IMG/VR virus record: IMGVR_UViG_3300030330_004210
Coordinates: 1-64,000 of that record
Strand: one strand, 5' to 3'
Source: a virus
Lineage: Duplodnaviria; Caudoviricetes
DNA: 64,000 nt
Position numbers and translations under genes: made by a program. The notes under the pieces were generated by a model. The model did not search any database and was not told where the DNA came from. It saw nothing but the letters and a program-made list of their open reading frames with translations. Shown in pieces: positions 8,851 through 17,741 of this stretch; positions within the stretch are counted from its first letter, which is position 1, and every line of letters begins with the position of its first letter.

Positions 8851-9526
8851 CTGCGATCCCCATCTCTACCGCCTCCTCTGCCGAAAGGTAGACGTTGACA
8901 TTTTTATTAATTAGTCTTCTAATTTGCTTCTCGGTCATGTTGGTCTCTGATGCAAGAATCTCGATGTACTGCTTCTGAATCTTTTCAACTTCCTTCATCT
9001 CGTTCTGCATCTGGGTGAGGGCACCAATCGTGCCAGCCGAAACGTTATGTAACATGACTCTGCAATACTTGCCAATCTTTCTCTTGCCCTTTGTGCCTGC
9101 TGCCAGCAAGGGAACGCCAGCAGACATAACCTTGCCAAGCCCCAATGTCTCGATATCGCAATCCTTTCTGATGTGACGCATCATATCGTAGATAGCAAAC
9201 ATCTCTCTGGCATCGCCACCATTCGTAGAGATAATAACCTCAAACGGCTCTGATACCTTCTCTAGCTCGCTTTCGGGATCCTCTGGGTCTTTTGGCTTTT
9301 CAACCTCTCTACTGTCATGAAGAAGTAACATCCCGTACAGAATGTCACTTGTCTTTTCTTCAGCGATATCCCCAATGATGCCCAGCTTTCTAACTGGAGG
9401 CTTTTCGGGCGGGACATCACCAAACAAGCTGTTCATAAGCAGAACGGACTCGCTGTCCTTGCCCTCTTCAGGCTTTTGGTTCTCGTCCTCGGTCGTCACC
9501 TCATCCAATTCGTCGTTGCTTGCCAT
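8837..9526 (-). CDS. clpP: ClpP-like protease subunit
   Basis: ISTNGG, AIYDMM, GKVMSAG (Ser), RVMLH (His), YLSAEEAVEMGIADEI. Confidence 0.88.
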   Translation of the reverse strand: MASNDELDEVTTEDENQKPEEGKDSESVLLMNSLFGDVPPEKPPVRKLGIIGDIAEEKTSDILYGMLLLHDSREVEKPKDPEDPESELEKVSEPFEVIISTNGGDAREMFAIYDMMRHIRKDCDIETLGLGKVMSAGVPLLAAGTKGKRKIGKYCRVMLHNVSAGTIGALTQMQNEMKEVEKIQKQYIEILASETNMTEKQIRRLINKNVNVYLSAEEAVEMGIADEII

Positions 9527-9794
9527 TTGTTCCTTCATAAAACACCTCATATGGAAATTCCTTTGCCCACTTTTTAAGTTCTGATTCATTATCAAACTTC
9601 CTAGAAAAAAGAAGAGTTAACTTCTTGCCACCAACGCTTGTGCCTGATGGGTGCCAATCTGATGCCTCTGCAAGCTTGTTGATCCTGTTTGTGACGCGAA
9701 CGCCATTCTTATTGGATTCTACTTGCAGCGAATAAGTGTCGCCCCCTCGGCATTGTTTCCAAACATATGCTTTCACTTCTGCCTCCTTTCTCAT
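9501..9794 (-). CDS. Hypothetical protein
   Basis: ORF behind a sigma70-type promoter; true start may be the GTG after AAGGAGG. Confidence 0.55.
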   Translation of the reverse strand: MRKEAEVKAYVWKQCRGGDTYSLQVESNKNGVRVTNRINKLAEASDWHPSGTSVGGKKLTLLFSRKFDNESELKKWAKEFPYEVFYEGTNGKQRRIG

Positions 9795-9822
9795 AATATA
9801 ACACCCTCCTAAGTAAAGTCAA
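9795..9822 (-). promoter_or_regulatory. sigma70-type promoter
   Basis: TTGACT-16bp-TATATT with extended -10 TG. Confidence 0.55.
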
Positions 9823-9827
9823 GCTAT

Positions 9828-10202
9828 TTATTTTTTCCTTATTCTGTCAAGGTACTTCATAGCGCCTGACCAGTCATCATATTCCAGATAGCCTCTATAA
9901 CTATGCGGGTAACAATGAATCAGCTTCTTCACGACGGTCTCTTTCCAGTTTTTTGTTGTCTCATCGTCTATAAGCCTTATGTTCTGGAGTGCTCTGGAGC
10001 CCATGCCAGTTTCGCGGGCGGCATGGTATTTGATCTCTCTCGCAAACGCAACATCCTCTACTATAGAGACTAGCATATGAAGAATAGCTATCTCGCACAA
10101 CTTCAACATGCGAATTGAGTACCCAAGATTCACAACAAAGCCAAAAGCCTTTGCAAAAGTGACACCCAGCAAAAAAAATAAAAAGTATAGAATATATTCC
10201 AT
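9828..10202 (-). CDS. Hypothetical protein with N-terminal membrane anchor
   Basis: MEYILYFLFFLLGVTFA hydrophobic start; GAGG RBS. Confidence 0.6.
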   Translation of the reverse strand: MEYILYFLFFLLGVTFAKAFGFVVNLGYSIRMLKLCEIAILHMLVSIVEDVAFAREIKYHAARETGMGSRALQNIRLIDDETTKNWKETVVKKLIHCYPHSYRGYLEYDDWSGAMKYLDRIRKK

Positions 10203-10214
10203 ATCTGCCTCACG

Positions 10215-10258
10215 AAAAGAAAAGCCACACAAGAACTATAACATTCTTGTGTGGCTTT
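10215..10258 (-). terminator. Intrinsic terminator after the acidic protein gene
   Basis: 15-bp stem aaagccacacaagaa/ttcttgtgtggcttt followed by a U-tract on the minus strand. Confidence 0.8.
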
Positions 10259-10281
10259 AGCAAGTTATTTATTATTGTTTT

Positions 10282-10830
10282 TTACTTTTTACTTTCTTTA
10301 AGGGCAGCACGGAGACGGGTCGTCACTCTCTTGAGCACTTCGGCGACCAACTCGTCCTCTTCGACCACATCAATATCTTCCAAAACCTCTTCCGCTTCCT
10401 CATCATCCATGTCATCGCCCATGTCATCGCCGCCCTCATCATCCATATCGGCATCCATATCGGCATCCATGTCATCGCCGCCCTCATCGTCTTGCGAGAC
10501 ATCAATATCAAGCTCGGGATACTCTTGCTGGAGGGCATCAGTAATCGTGGAAATAATATCCATCACGCTGCTCTCCACATCGGCGTCTGGAGCATCGCCC
10601 ATGTCATCTTCTGCATCCATCTCCATGTCCATTTCGTCGCCTTCGGCGTCCTCCATGTCCATCTCTTCCTCTTCCATCATATGCTCTTCGTCGCGACCAT
10701 AGGACATGCCCATACCCTCGTCCATCTCCTCTTCCTCACCAAGGTTATCAACAAAACCCTCCGAGAGGTTTCCGATGCTTGCCAGCTTCATAAAACGGCG
10801 GATCTGCGCTTCTTTCAATAACTTGCTCAT
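10282..10830 (-). CDS. Highly acidic (D/E/M-rich) protein, probable prohead core or internal head protein
   Basis: IRRFMKLASIGNLSE resembles the scaffold C-terminus QRMQRLAGI; own CTATTTA motif and terminator. Confidence 0.6.
   Translation of the reverse strand: MSKLLKEAQIRRFMKLASIGNLSEGFVDNLGEEEEMDEGMGMSYGRDEEHMMEEEEMDMEDAEGDEMDMEMDAEDDMGDAPDADVESSVMDIISTITDALQQEYPELDIDVSQDDEGGDDMDADMDADMDDEGGDDMGDDMDDEEAEEVLEDIDVVEEDELVAEVLKRVTTRLRAALKESKK
10405..10488. repeat. Intragenic direct repeats encoding DEGGDDM / DADM units
   Basis: ccatgtcatcgccgccctcatc twice and atccatatcggc twice. Confidence 0.8.
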
Positions 10831-10870
10831 TGTCTTTGTATCTCCTAATAGCCACGAAGGCTGTTACAAA

Positions 10871-10880
10871 TATAAATAGT
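10871..10880 (-). promoter_or_regulatory. Putative late promoter ACTATTTATA for the isolated acidic protein gene
   Basis: Recurring motif; gene is bounded by its own terminator. Confidence 0.6.
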
Positions 10881-10899
10881 ATACTCTTTAACTAATAGC

Positions 10900-11238
10900 C
10901 TAAAGTTCTGGATGTTCTTCAGCCAAAATATCGAAGATATCCTCGATTTCATCATCAGTAAGGGCGAATTTGCTTTCAATCTCGCGACCTTCTTTAATTA
11001 TTTCTCTATTCTTAACTAGTTTGGGTTTACTTTGTTTTCCATTTTCAAGTATATATTTATCCAAAAACAAGAGAACATTCTCGTCTTTGTCAAGGTAGCC
11101 AGTTATCAATGTGCGGAAAAACTCCGCTTGTGTTAGGCGGTCATGCTTTAGTCGAATCTTTAATTCGGCATGCCTCTTGTCTGTGTCATAAAAGACAATT
11201 TTCTTACCCTCCCTCCCATAGTTAATATTCTTCTTCAT
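10900..11238 (-). CDS. Hypothetical protein
   Basis: Coupled to the stop of the upstream gene. Confidence 0.6.
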   Translation of the reverse strand: MKKNINYGREGKKIVFYDTDKRHAELKIRLKHDRLTQAEFFRTLITGYLDKDENVLLFLDKYILENGKQSKPKLVKNREIIKEGREIESKFALTDDEIEDIFDILAEEHPEL

Positions 11239-12287
11239 TAATATCTGCTCACAATATGGGTAGAACTCTCAACCTGACCGGCTGATGTTTGGCGGATAAA
11301 CCGTGCCTTTGCCTGCAACTCTGGCACGCTTAGGGCTCCGCTATAGGAAAGACCACTCCTAATACCCACCTCTAGATCCTCGATGGCGAGACTCACCGGT
11401 CCTCTTAGCGGCACTGTGTGTGCAACGCCCTCAACAGAGCGATAAGAACCCTTCCAGTCATACTGAGCATCTTTGCTTGCCATACCGCGATAACGCTTTC
11501 TCAACTCTCCCTCTACTCTAACAACTGACCCCGGCGTCTCTTCGGTGCCTGCTAAGAGAGAGCCGAGCATTACAAAGTCGGCACCTGCTGCGAGGGCTTT
11601 TACAATATCTCCACTGTTTTTAATCCCACCATCGGCGATTAAAGTGACATCCCTGTCAGATGCAGAACAGTCTATAACGGACTGAAGTGTAGGAATCCCA
11701 TGTCCGGTCTGAATGCGTGTTGAACATATAGAACCACCGCCAATGCCAACCCTGATTGAGTCAGCACCCCAGTCAGCTAGGTCATTGAACCCCTCTAGGG
11801 TCGCAACATTTCCCGCCATAATATGAAGATCGGTTCCAAATGTATTTCGCAGTGTCTCCAAGGCATACCTGACCTTTGCGTGGTGTCCATGCGCTACATC
11901 AATACACAGAAAGCTAACATCTGCTTCTCTAAGAGCGATAGCTCTGTCAAGGAAGTCGCCTCCAACACCTATAGCAGCGCCCACAGGCTCACTGTTAAGC
12001 CAGCCGTGCGTTCGAGGGCGCTTTTCAACTTGCAGAACTTCTTTCACTTGCTCTTCTATCGTATTGTACCTATGCACAATGCCTACGCCGCCTAGTTTAT
12101 GCATAGCTTCTGCCATGCGCCCACCTGTGACAGTATCCATTGGGCTTGATATGATAGGCAAAGAGAAGTCACCCACATTTCTTAGATTCTGTTGGATTTT
12201 AATTTCCGAACGAGAATCAATTTCAGAATACTGTGGGACTAGCAGAACGTCATCGAAGCTTAGCGCTTCACTCTTCAAACTCGCCAT
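11238..12287 (-). CDS. GMP reductase / IMP dehydrogenase family (no CBS domains)
   Basis: [45 protein letters not shown]; start at ATG 12287 with GGAGG RBS. Confidence 0.92.
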   Translation of the reverse strand: MASLKSEALSFDDVLLVPQYSEIDSRSEIKIQQNLRNVGDFSLPIISSPMDTVTGGRMAEAMHKLGGVGIVHRYNTIEEQVKEVLQVEKRPRTHGWLNSEPVGAAIGVGGDFLDRAIALREADVSFLCIDVAHGHHAKVRYALETLRNTFGTDLHIMAGNVATLEGFNDLADWGADSIRVGIGGGSICSTRIQTGHGIPTLQSVIDCSASDRDVTLIADGGIKNSGDIVKALAAGADFVMLGSLLAGTEETPGSVVRVEGELRKRYRGMASKDAQYDWKGSYRSVEGVAHTVPLRGPVSLAIEDLEVGIRSGLSYSGALSVPELQAKARFIRQTSAGQVESSTHIVSRY

Positions 12288-12555
12288 ACTTATCCTCCAG
12301 ATGCTTTTTAAAGTCTTCTGTGATCTTCTTTGCTTTACCCCAACAATCAGGACAGTAAAGTCGCACGACCTCTTCAGGTCCGTGAACCACAACACTCCAA
12401 GACATTACCATGTCTCGGTCTGTCTTGTCAAAGGGCTTAGTGCATGCCAGACATTCGTCCGGCAACTTCCCAAACAAAGCAACCTTTGCTTCAAGCTCCT
12501 TATTGCCATCTTTCTTGGCTTCTTTTTGCATTCTTCTTCTTTGTTCTCTATTCAA
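12268..12555 (-). CDS. Small zinc-finger protein
   Basis: CLAC and CPDC pairs; MNREQRRR start. Confidence 0.6.
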   Translation of the reverse strand: MNREQRRRMQKEAKKDGNKELEAKVALFGKLPDECLACTKPFDKTDRDMVMSWSVVVHGPEEVVRLYCPDCWGKAKKITEDFKKHLEDKYGEFEE

Positions 12556-12557
12556 TT

Positions 12558-13007
12558 TTATTCTCCTGTTGAGCCAAGCGCTCCATCTCCACGGTCACTA
12601 ATTGTAATGGGGTACCAATCATAAAGATTATCCTCTGAGGTCTCCACAAAACGAACCGGAACAATTGGGATAAGGACTGCTTGTGCAATCTTCATGCCGC
12701 GATGAATATCCTGCACTTCACTGCCAACGTTGTGAAGATTTACAAAGACCTCTCCATCATACCCTGAGTCAACAACGCAAGCGCCAACCATAAGCTGCTT
12801 CTTGGCTGCGTTGCCACTACGGTTCATGATTTGAAGCATGTAGCCATGCGGGATGCCAAACTTTAGACCCGTGGGAAGAACCTTGCTCTCTCCCGGTTGA
12901 ATGCTAGTCCACGCTCCGTTATAGCACAAGTCCAATCCTGCGTCTGAGGGATTTGCTCTTACAGGCTTATAATCACAGTGCGGTAAACAATGGTACTCTA
13001 GGATCAT
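12558..13007 (-). CDS. dut: Trimeric dUTPase
   Basis: DAGLDL, NRSG, VVDSGYDGE, KIAQ, RGDGALGSTG. Confidence 0.95.
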   Translation of the reverse strand: MILEYHCLPHCDYKPVRANPSDAGLDLCYNGAWTSIQPGESKVLPTGLKFGIPHGYMLQIMNRSGNAAKKQLMVGACVVDSGYDGEVFVNLHNVGSEVQDIHRGMKIAQAVLIPIVPVRFVETSEDNLYDWYPITISDRGDGALGSTGE

Positions 13008-13279
13008 TACTTCGCTCCCTTGATTGAGTTGAAGACATTTACAAATTGTTGAATGTCTACATCATTCTTCATCATACGATAAGCCTTGACAGCCATGCTG
13101 ATCTCATCCTTGGTGAGCCAGCCCTGCTCCTTAAATTCCTCACGAAGCTCTCGCTTCTGCTCCTTGTAGGGCTCCATAGCGTCTTCGATTGTCTTCATCG
13201 ACCTGATGTATTCAATCATCTTCTCCACGGTCTCGTCTCGCACAGTCTCAACGATTGCGACTTGATTATCATCAAACAT
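13007..13279 (-). CDS. Small helical DNA-binding protein (T4 DsbA/GapR-like)
   Basis: Helix-coiled-coil pattern IEDAMEPYKEQKRELREEFKEQG reminiscent of DsbA/GapR. Confidence 0.45.
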   Translation of the reverse strand: MFDDNQVAIVETVRDETVEKMIEYIRSMKTIEDAMEPYKEQKRELREEFKEQGWLTKDEISMAVKAYRMMKNDVDIQQFVNVFNSIKGAK

Positions 13280-13297
13280 TTTTACTCCTTTCGTAGT

Positions 13298-13326
13298 AAG
13301 ATAACATGGTTTAAAAAATATGTCAA
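13298..13326 (-). promoter_or_regulatory. sigma70-type promoter
   Basis: TTGACA-17bp-TATCTT with extended -10 TG. Confidence 0.7.
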
Positions 13327-13327
13327 G

Positions 13328-14278
13328 CTAAGCCGCCTGACTTTCTAATAGCATATGACGCAACTTCATGACAGCCAACTCTTTGTGTTTCGCCTCACAC
13401 ATAATATCTACATCCAGCCCATAAGTCTCGGGATACTCCCAATATGAGTCGGAGTGTGCCTGTGGCTTGATTTTAGGGTCATTGTGCTCGATACTTCGAG
13501 ACTGTGAATAGTGAATCACAGGTCGCACATCACCCCAAGTTGTAGCTGCCAGACGCATTGCCTCCTCTTGTGTCTGACCACCATCGCAAAACTTGTGATG
13601 GTGAATGTCGTGGACAATCGGAATACCAATTCTTTTGTGAATCAGTTCATGCAGTTCTCGCGTAGAATACAGGCTAGCCTTATCATCATTCTCGACTGTC
13701 AGTCGTGACTTGACTGAATCTGATAGTCGCTCAAAATTGCGGCAGAAGTTATCACAAGCCATCTGCTTGTCGCCGTAGGTCGCACCGACATGGATATTGA
13801 TCTTGGCGTATGGTGTACGCGGCAACCCCATCTGATCAAATGTCCAGCCATGAATTTCCAAGTCCCTGACTGTATTCTGAATGATGCGCTCATCGCCACT
13901 TGTCAACTTGTTGAAAGGACCGGGGTGCGACGTGATACGGTGACCATGTTGCTTTGCATAAGTACCCGCCTTAGACAGAGCCTCACAGATAGCATCATGA
14001 TCTGGCAAATCCTCCCAAGCATACTCGGAAGCCCAAGGGAATAGATTAGAAGACATGCGGTAGAACTTGAAGCCATTTGCTTCGTTCCACTCTAGAACCT
14101 TGCAAAGGTCTCTTGAGTTCAGCAGACCTAGCTCTGAAGCATAGGGAGTTCCCCGCTGTTGAAAAGTTCTCTTGATCATGGAGCGATTTGTAGTAATTCT
14201 CTCCGTGCCTCGCGGGGCATTGCCCCATTCGCGTGGATAAGAAAGCTGCATGTTTATGCAAGCATAGCCTAGATTCAT
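13328..14278 (-). CDS. uvsE: UV-damage endonuclease
   Basis: LGYACIN, YRMSS, HPGPF, LTVENDD, DIHHH, AHSD, MCEAKHKE. Confidence 0.95.
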   Translation of the reverse strand: MNLGYACINMQLSYPREWGNAPRGTERITTNRSMIKRTFQQRGTPYASELGLLNSRDLCKVLEWNEANGFKFYRMSSNLFPWASEYAWEDLPDHDAICEALSKAGTYAKQHGHRITSHPGPFNKLTSGDERIIQNTVRDLEIHGWTFDQMGLPRTPYAKINIHVGATYGDKQMACDNFCRNFERLSDSVKSRLTVENDDKASLYSTRELHELIHKRIGIPIVHDIHHHKFCDGGQTQEEAMRLAATTWGDVRPVIHYSQSRSIEHNDPKIKPQAHSDSYWEYPETYGLDVDIMCEAKHKELAVMKLRHMLLESQAA

Positions 14279-14299
14279 GTGACCTCCAAGTTCTATAAC

Positions 14300-14328
14300 A
14301 TTATAACACACGTTGACGCAGAGGTCAA
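14300..14328 (-). promoter_or_regulatory. sigma70-type promoter for uvsE
   Basis: TTGACC-17bp-TATAAT with extended -10 TG. Confidence 0.75.
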
Positions 14329-17300
14329 CCCAGAACCCTAAAGTTTCTTCTCAAAGACCTTGTGCTGAAGCCCCACTGCTCACTATAGTCTAGGCGAGCC
14401 ATATACGGTCTATTGAGTGCCACATGGTCCTTGTCTGGATCAATACCCCAACATCTAATGCTGGTAGCAGCGTTGTTCTCGTCGGTCACTTCAAGAATCC
14501 AATAGTCCTTTCCTGCCCTTGTCTTCTTGGGGATTAGCTTTCTTGGAATAAACCAAGTCACCATAAGGTCTTTGTCAAACTCACTAATCGGAGGAACAGC
14601 CATCTTCTCTAGCTTTCTCTTAATCTCGTCGTTCATCACCCTCTCAAGTGGGAACTCGCCTGTGAGATTGATGGTGAACTGTATCTTCTCCTCCTCCGAG
14701 AAGTCACCCTCTGGCGCATAAGACTCGATGTTAGCTTCTAAGTTCTTTAGCTTGCGAGGTCTGTCAACAGCCACAGCCGACCAGAAGTGCTTGGCACCTG
14801 TAAACCTATCATCCATGAGAGGCTCCAAAGCCCCGCTTCGAATCAAAACATCAAGTGCCTTTTTGTTCAATTTAGAGTAGACAATATTCTCATTGAACAA
14901 AAACTCTTCAATATTTACAAATGGTCGATTATCAACAACCTGCTTAATAGCTGACGCGCCGAGTCCCTTAACCGCTGTTAGGGGCTGAATCAGGGTCAAG
15001 CCGTCATCAGAAATCTCCCACACCTCGCCAGAGGTGTTAACATTTAGTTTTGCGATATCAAAGCCATATTTCTTGGCAATGGCGATAGCCTTTGCCTTGC
15101 GAGTCTCTGGCTCCTTGTCCAAGAACGCTGCCATCCAGCACTCTGGATAGTAATTTAGCAGCCAAGCACACTGATATGAAATCATGGAGTAGCTCACAGC
15201 GTGAGACTTGTTAAAGCCATAACCCGAGAAGAACTCAAACTTCTCCCACAATTCATCAGCCTGCTTCTTGGACAAGCCTTTCTCTACGCAGCCGTCCACA
15301 AACTTTGTGTACAACTCTTTCTTAACCTTGGCTGCTTTACCAGTGCCCTTCTTCGTTAAGACCTTGCGAAGCATATTACCTTCGTCTAGAGACAGATCCT
15401 TTCCGAGACGATGAGCCAAGGCAGCAATCTGCTCTTGGAAAATAAGGAAGCCATAAGTTTCCTCGGTAACATCCTTGTATTCATCATTGGGATACTGAAT
15501 GTACTGTGGCGACTCTTTAGCCTCCACATAATCACGGTCCACCTTAGCCGACAAGGGTCCGGGTCTAAAAATACTGGTGATAGCTGCAATGTCAATAATA
15601 CTCGTTGGCTTTGCCATCATGCAGAAGTTTTGAGCACCGTCCTCTGTAAACTGGAAGATGCCAGCCCACTTGCCAGTCTGAAAGATATTCTTATAAATGT
15701 CTTGGTCATTTAAATCAATTCTATCAGGATGAAGATACTCGTCATAGAACTTTCTAATGTCCTCAAAGGTCGGGTCTTCAATCTTGTGCTCGCGCCTTAA
15801 GACGTGTCGGATTGCCCCCTCAATCATACGAAGTGTAGAGAGCCCCAGAAGGTCAAACTTAATAAAGCCCATCGGCTCCAAATGTCTAACGTTTTGACCC
15901 TCGGACCAAGGTGTCTGGCGAACACCGCCGCTGTTAATCAGTGGCATGTACTGGTCGAGCCCCTCTGCAATCACAACACCACCAGCGTGCCGGGAGCAAG
16001 AGCGAACTTGTCCGTGTAGAGCCTCAACGTGTGTTTTGACGTGGGGGTATTTATCCAAAAAGCTTCTAAGGCTTGAACTATATTGCATGACCTCCTCGAA
16101 GGTAGGGATATACATGCCTGCCTTGATGCCATGCGCCTTCTTGGCTGGACCAGTGGCTTCGCCGATCATCGCTCCAGTTACTTTGTTGACCTCGGTAAAC
16201 GGAATGTTGTAAAACTTAGAAATATCCTTTATCAAGCTACGAAGCTGAAGGGTATTCCAGTTAGAGATAGGAACAACAGTATTGTCTCCCCACTCTTCTA
16301 TAAGGGCTTCCTTCAGCTTCATCGGCTCTGCCACGTCGTAGTCAATGTCTGGATAGTCCGTGGCGTCTGCTCTAAGGAAACGTGCAAACTGAAGTCCATA
16401 CTTCAGAGGGTCAATCTGTGTGATTCCTAGAACATAGGCAACCAAAGAGCCAGCGGCAGAACCTCGTCCGGGTCCAGTGAGCATGAGATTGTTAGCCCTG
16501 TCCACGATTGCCTTCATTGTCAAGAAATACTTTGAGAAACCTCTATCGTCGATAGTATGCAACTCATGCTTTAGTCTTTCTACATACTCTTGGTCGCCAT
16601 GCAAACCCATGGTCCTGAGTGCGTCGATGCTCAGCCTAGCAAGAGCCTGTGTCGCTGTTGCACCCTCTGGGACCACAAAGTCGGGGAGGCGAACTTCATT
16701 ATCGGGCATAAAGTTTTCAATACGCTCGAAAGCAATTCTGTGAGTCTCTGTGATAGAGTCCATGACCAGCTTATCATCATACTCGACGCCTTGCAGTTCG
16801 CTGTATCTCTGGTACGACTCCCACATCTGGTCGCCGTTCTTGGGATACAACTCACACTTAAGATCTTCTGGCTCTGGCAATTCTTCGGACAAGTATTCCG
16901 GTCGCTTACCAAGCCAGCCCAGACGCTTGTATAGCTCTCTGTCTTTCCAAGCGTCTGGACCGGGGTAATGGCTATCGGCTGTAGAAATCAGTCCAATGCC
17001 AAACTCTTCGTGAATCTTAATAATGTATTTGTTTAGCTCATGCTGTTCAGGGATGTTGTTCCACTGAAGCTCGCCATACCAGCGATCTCCAAAGATGTCG
17101 ATCATGCGGCGGGTTGTGTCGCGCATTGCATCAAGGACAGCCTCCTCGCCCTCTTCGCGATTCTCCCAATAGCAGCCAGCGTACACGCCGCCAAGACACG
17201 CAGAAGCTGCGATCACGCCCTCTGAATACTTAGAAAGTAGATCAAAGTCCATGCGAGGGTAACGGTAGTAGTTGTCGCCCTGATAGCTCTCGGACACCAT

Positions 17301-17741
17301 CTTGAACAAGTTGTTCAGCCCAGTTTGGTTTTGAGCGAGAAGAATTAGATGCCGCCGCCTGTTGAGGATATTCTTGACCGCCTTCTTAGACGCCTCTTCG
17401 TCTTCGACAGTCGCGCCAGAAGCAGCCTTCTTCTTCAGCTTCTGTTCAGCCTTCACCCTATCGTATTCTGCTTTCCAGTCCTCGACGGATGGCGTAAAGT
17501 AAGCCTCAACGCCAAAAATTGGCTTGAAGTTCTTGCCATCTGCCTGCATCTTCTTGGCGTGCAAAACCTGATGGGCGAGCCCATTCATATTCCCGTGGTC
17601 TGTGAGAGCCAAAGCCTCTGACCCATTTTCATATGCAAAATCCATGTGCTGCGGGGGATACCCGATAGCATCAAAAATAGAGCCTGCAACGCTATGTGCG
17701 TGCAAGCCAACAAACGGAATACGCTTTTCACTCATGTTCAT
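14325..17741 (-). CDS. dnaE: DNA polymerase III alpha subunit (family C)
   Basis: PHP domain (LHAHS, ALTDHG, DSHY), GRGSAAGSLV, PDIDYD, KFDLLGL, YGFNKSHA. Confidence 0.97.
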   Translation of the reverse strand: MNMSEKRIPFVGLHAHSVAGSIFDAIGYPPQHMDFAYENGSEALALTDHGNMNGLAHQVLHAKKMQADGKNFKPIFGVEAYFTPSVEDWKAEYDRVKAEQKLKKKAASGATVEDEEASKKAVKNILNRRRHLILLAQNQTGLNNLFKMVSESYQGDNYYRYPRMDFDLLSKYSEGVIAASACLGGVYAGCYWENREEGEEAVLDAMRDTTRRMIDIFGDRWYGELQWNNIPEQHELNKYIIKIHEEFGIGLISTADSHYPGPDAWKDRELYKRLGWLGKRPEYLSEELPEPEDLKCELYPKNGDQMWESYQRYSELQGVEYDDKLVMDSITETHRIAFERIENFMPDNEVRLPDFVVPEGATATQALARLSIDALRTMGLHGDQEYVERLKHELHTIDDRGFSKYFLTMKAIVDRANNLMLTGPGRGSAAGSLVAYVLGITQIDPLKYGLQFARFLRADATDYPDIDYDVAEPMKLKEALIEEWGDNTVVPISNWNTLQLRSLIKDISKFYNIPFTEVNKVTGAMIGEATGPAKKAHGIKAGMYIPTFEEVMQYSSSLRSFLDKYPHVKTHVEALHGQVRSCSRHAGGVVIAEGLDQYMPLINSGGVRQTPWSEGQNVRHLEPMGFIKFDLLGLSTLRMIEGAIRHVLRREHKIEDPTFEDIRKFYDEYLHPDRIDLNDQDIYKNIFQTGKWAGIFQFTEDGAQNFCMMAKPTSIIDIAAITSIFRPGPLSAKVDRDYVEAKESPQYIQYPNDEYKDVTEETYGFLIFQEQIAALAHRLGKDLSLDEGNMLRKVLTKKGTGKAAKVKKELYTKFVDGCVEKGLSKKQADELWEKFEFFSGYGFNKSHAVSYSMISYQCAWLLNYYPECWMAAFLDKEPETRKAKAIAIAKKYGFDIAKLNVNTSGEVWEISDDGLTLIQPLTAVKGLGASAIKQVVDNRPFVNIEEFLFNENIVYSKLNKKALDVLIRSGALEPLMDDRFTGAKHFWSAVAVDRPRKLKNLEANIESYAPEGDFSEEEKIQFTINLTGEFPLERVMNDEIKRKLEKMAVPPISEFDKDLMVTWFIPRKLIPKKTRAGKDYWILEVTDENNAATSIRCWGIDPDKDHVALNRPYMARLDYSEQWGFSTRSLRRNFRVLG

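Noticed and set aside
10405-10488. Direct repeats as a possible CRISPR array
   Set aside because: In-frame coding repeats without unique spacers of regular length; the same applies to 28100-28230
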